Part shown: one piece after another, positions 247,516 to 248,000 of the stretch
Layout of the letters: each line of letters opens with the position of its first letter
How positions within the stretch are numbered: the first letter of the stretch is position 1
Source: Octopus vulgaris
Lineage: Eukaryota
Direction of reading: 5' to 3'
Length of the DNA: 248,000 bases
Assembly: GCA_951406725.2 (NCBI GenBank)
Contig: OX597815.1
Coordinates: 189,740,001-189,988,000, forward strand
Made by a program: the position numbers and the translations under genes
Notes under the pieces: model-generated
Told to the model about the DNA's origin: nothing
Seen by the model: the letters and a program-made list of their open reading frames with translations, nothing else
Database searches by the model: none

Positions 247516-248000
247516 ATCACTGCTTGGAATCGAGCTCAGAATCTTGGGGTTATTAGCCCACGTTCTTAACCACTTTGCCATATGCCTGTGGGCATAATAA
247601 TGGAAATAATGTACTTCATTTCATGTTGCTCCAGTCCACTCAGCTGTCAAAAAATGAGTTGTACCTGTAATTGAAAGAACCAGCTTTGTCACATTCTGTA
247701 TCAATGTGAATCCGGGTTCAGTCCCACTACATGGCATCTTGGGCAAGTGTCTTCTACTATAGCCTCAGGCCGACCAAAGCCTTGTGAGTGGATTTGGTAG
247801 ACAGAAACTGAAAGAAGCCGTCATAGTCAGGACGCCATGATCGATCGTTAGATCCTACACGCATTTTTTCTCTCCTTTTTTCTCTCCTTTTTTTCTCTCC
247901 TTGTTTCTCTCCTTGTTTCTTTCTGTGTATCTTTCTGTCGAAGAGGGTAGGCTCAAAATGTAAAAGACTTTTTCTATTTCTATTCCTGAGCGCTATACTA

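Overview
This is AT-rich, repeat-saturated eukaryotic DNA. The tRNA-derived and CORE-type SINE families, (GAT)n-tailed RTE fragments and microsatellite load point to an octopus genome; that assignment is inferred from recognising the repeats, not from a database search. I could not name any host protein-coding gene. Almost all listed ORFs are translations of microsatellites or SINEs. The real coding signal is transposon-derived: a 5'-truncated RTE LINE with one frameshift and an embedded C4HC3 PHD finger (163041-166447, -), a CR1-group RT (246.2-247.3 kb), several Penelope-like fragments (RT, GIY-YIG), R4/Dong-type fragments, a decayed Gypsy LTR element nested in an R4 copy, a full-length dead mariner (215220-216513), and many mariner, Tc1, pogo, hAT, piggyBac and Helitron-like remnants. 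The most notable hidden structure is a set of at least six unrelated repeat families that each carry a minimal type-I hammerhead-ribozyme fold. Their stems differ in sequence but remain paired, two families share non-canonical catalytic cores across copies, and one 265-bp palindrome encodes a hammerhead on both strands. Other points of interest are a homogenised 11 x 230-bp array built from a whole SINE, apparent self-targeting of that SINE at GGTAT, and a LINE/SINE shared 3' stem-loop. A few splice-flanked candidate exons are reported at low confidence. No CRISPR arrays, rRNA genes or genuine tRNA genes were found. All coordinates were read by eye and may be off by a few bases.
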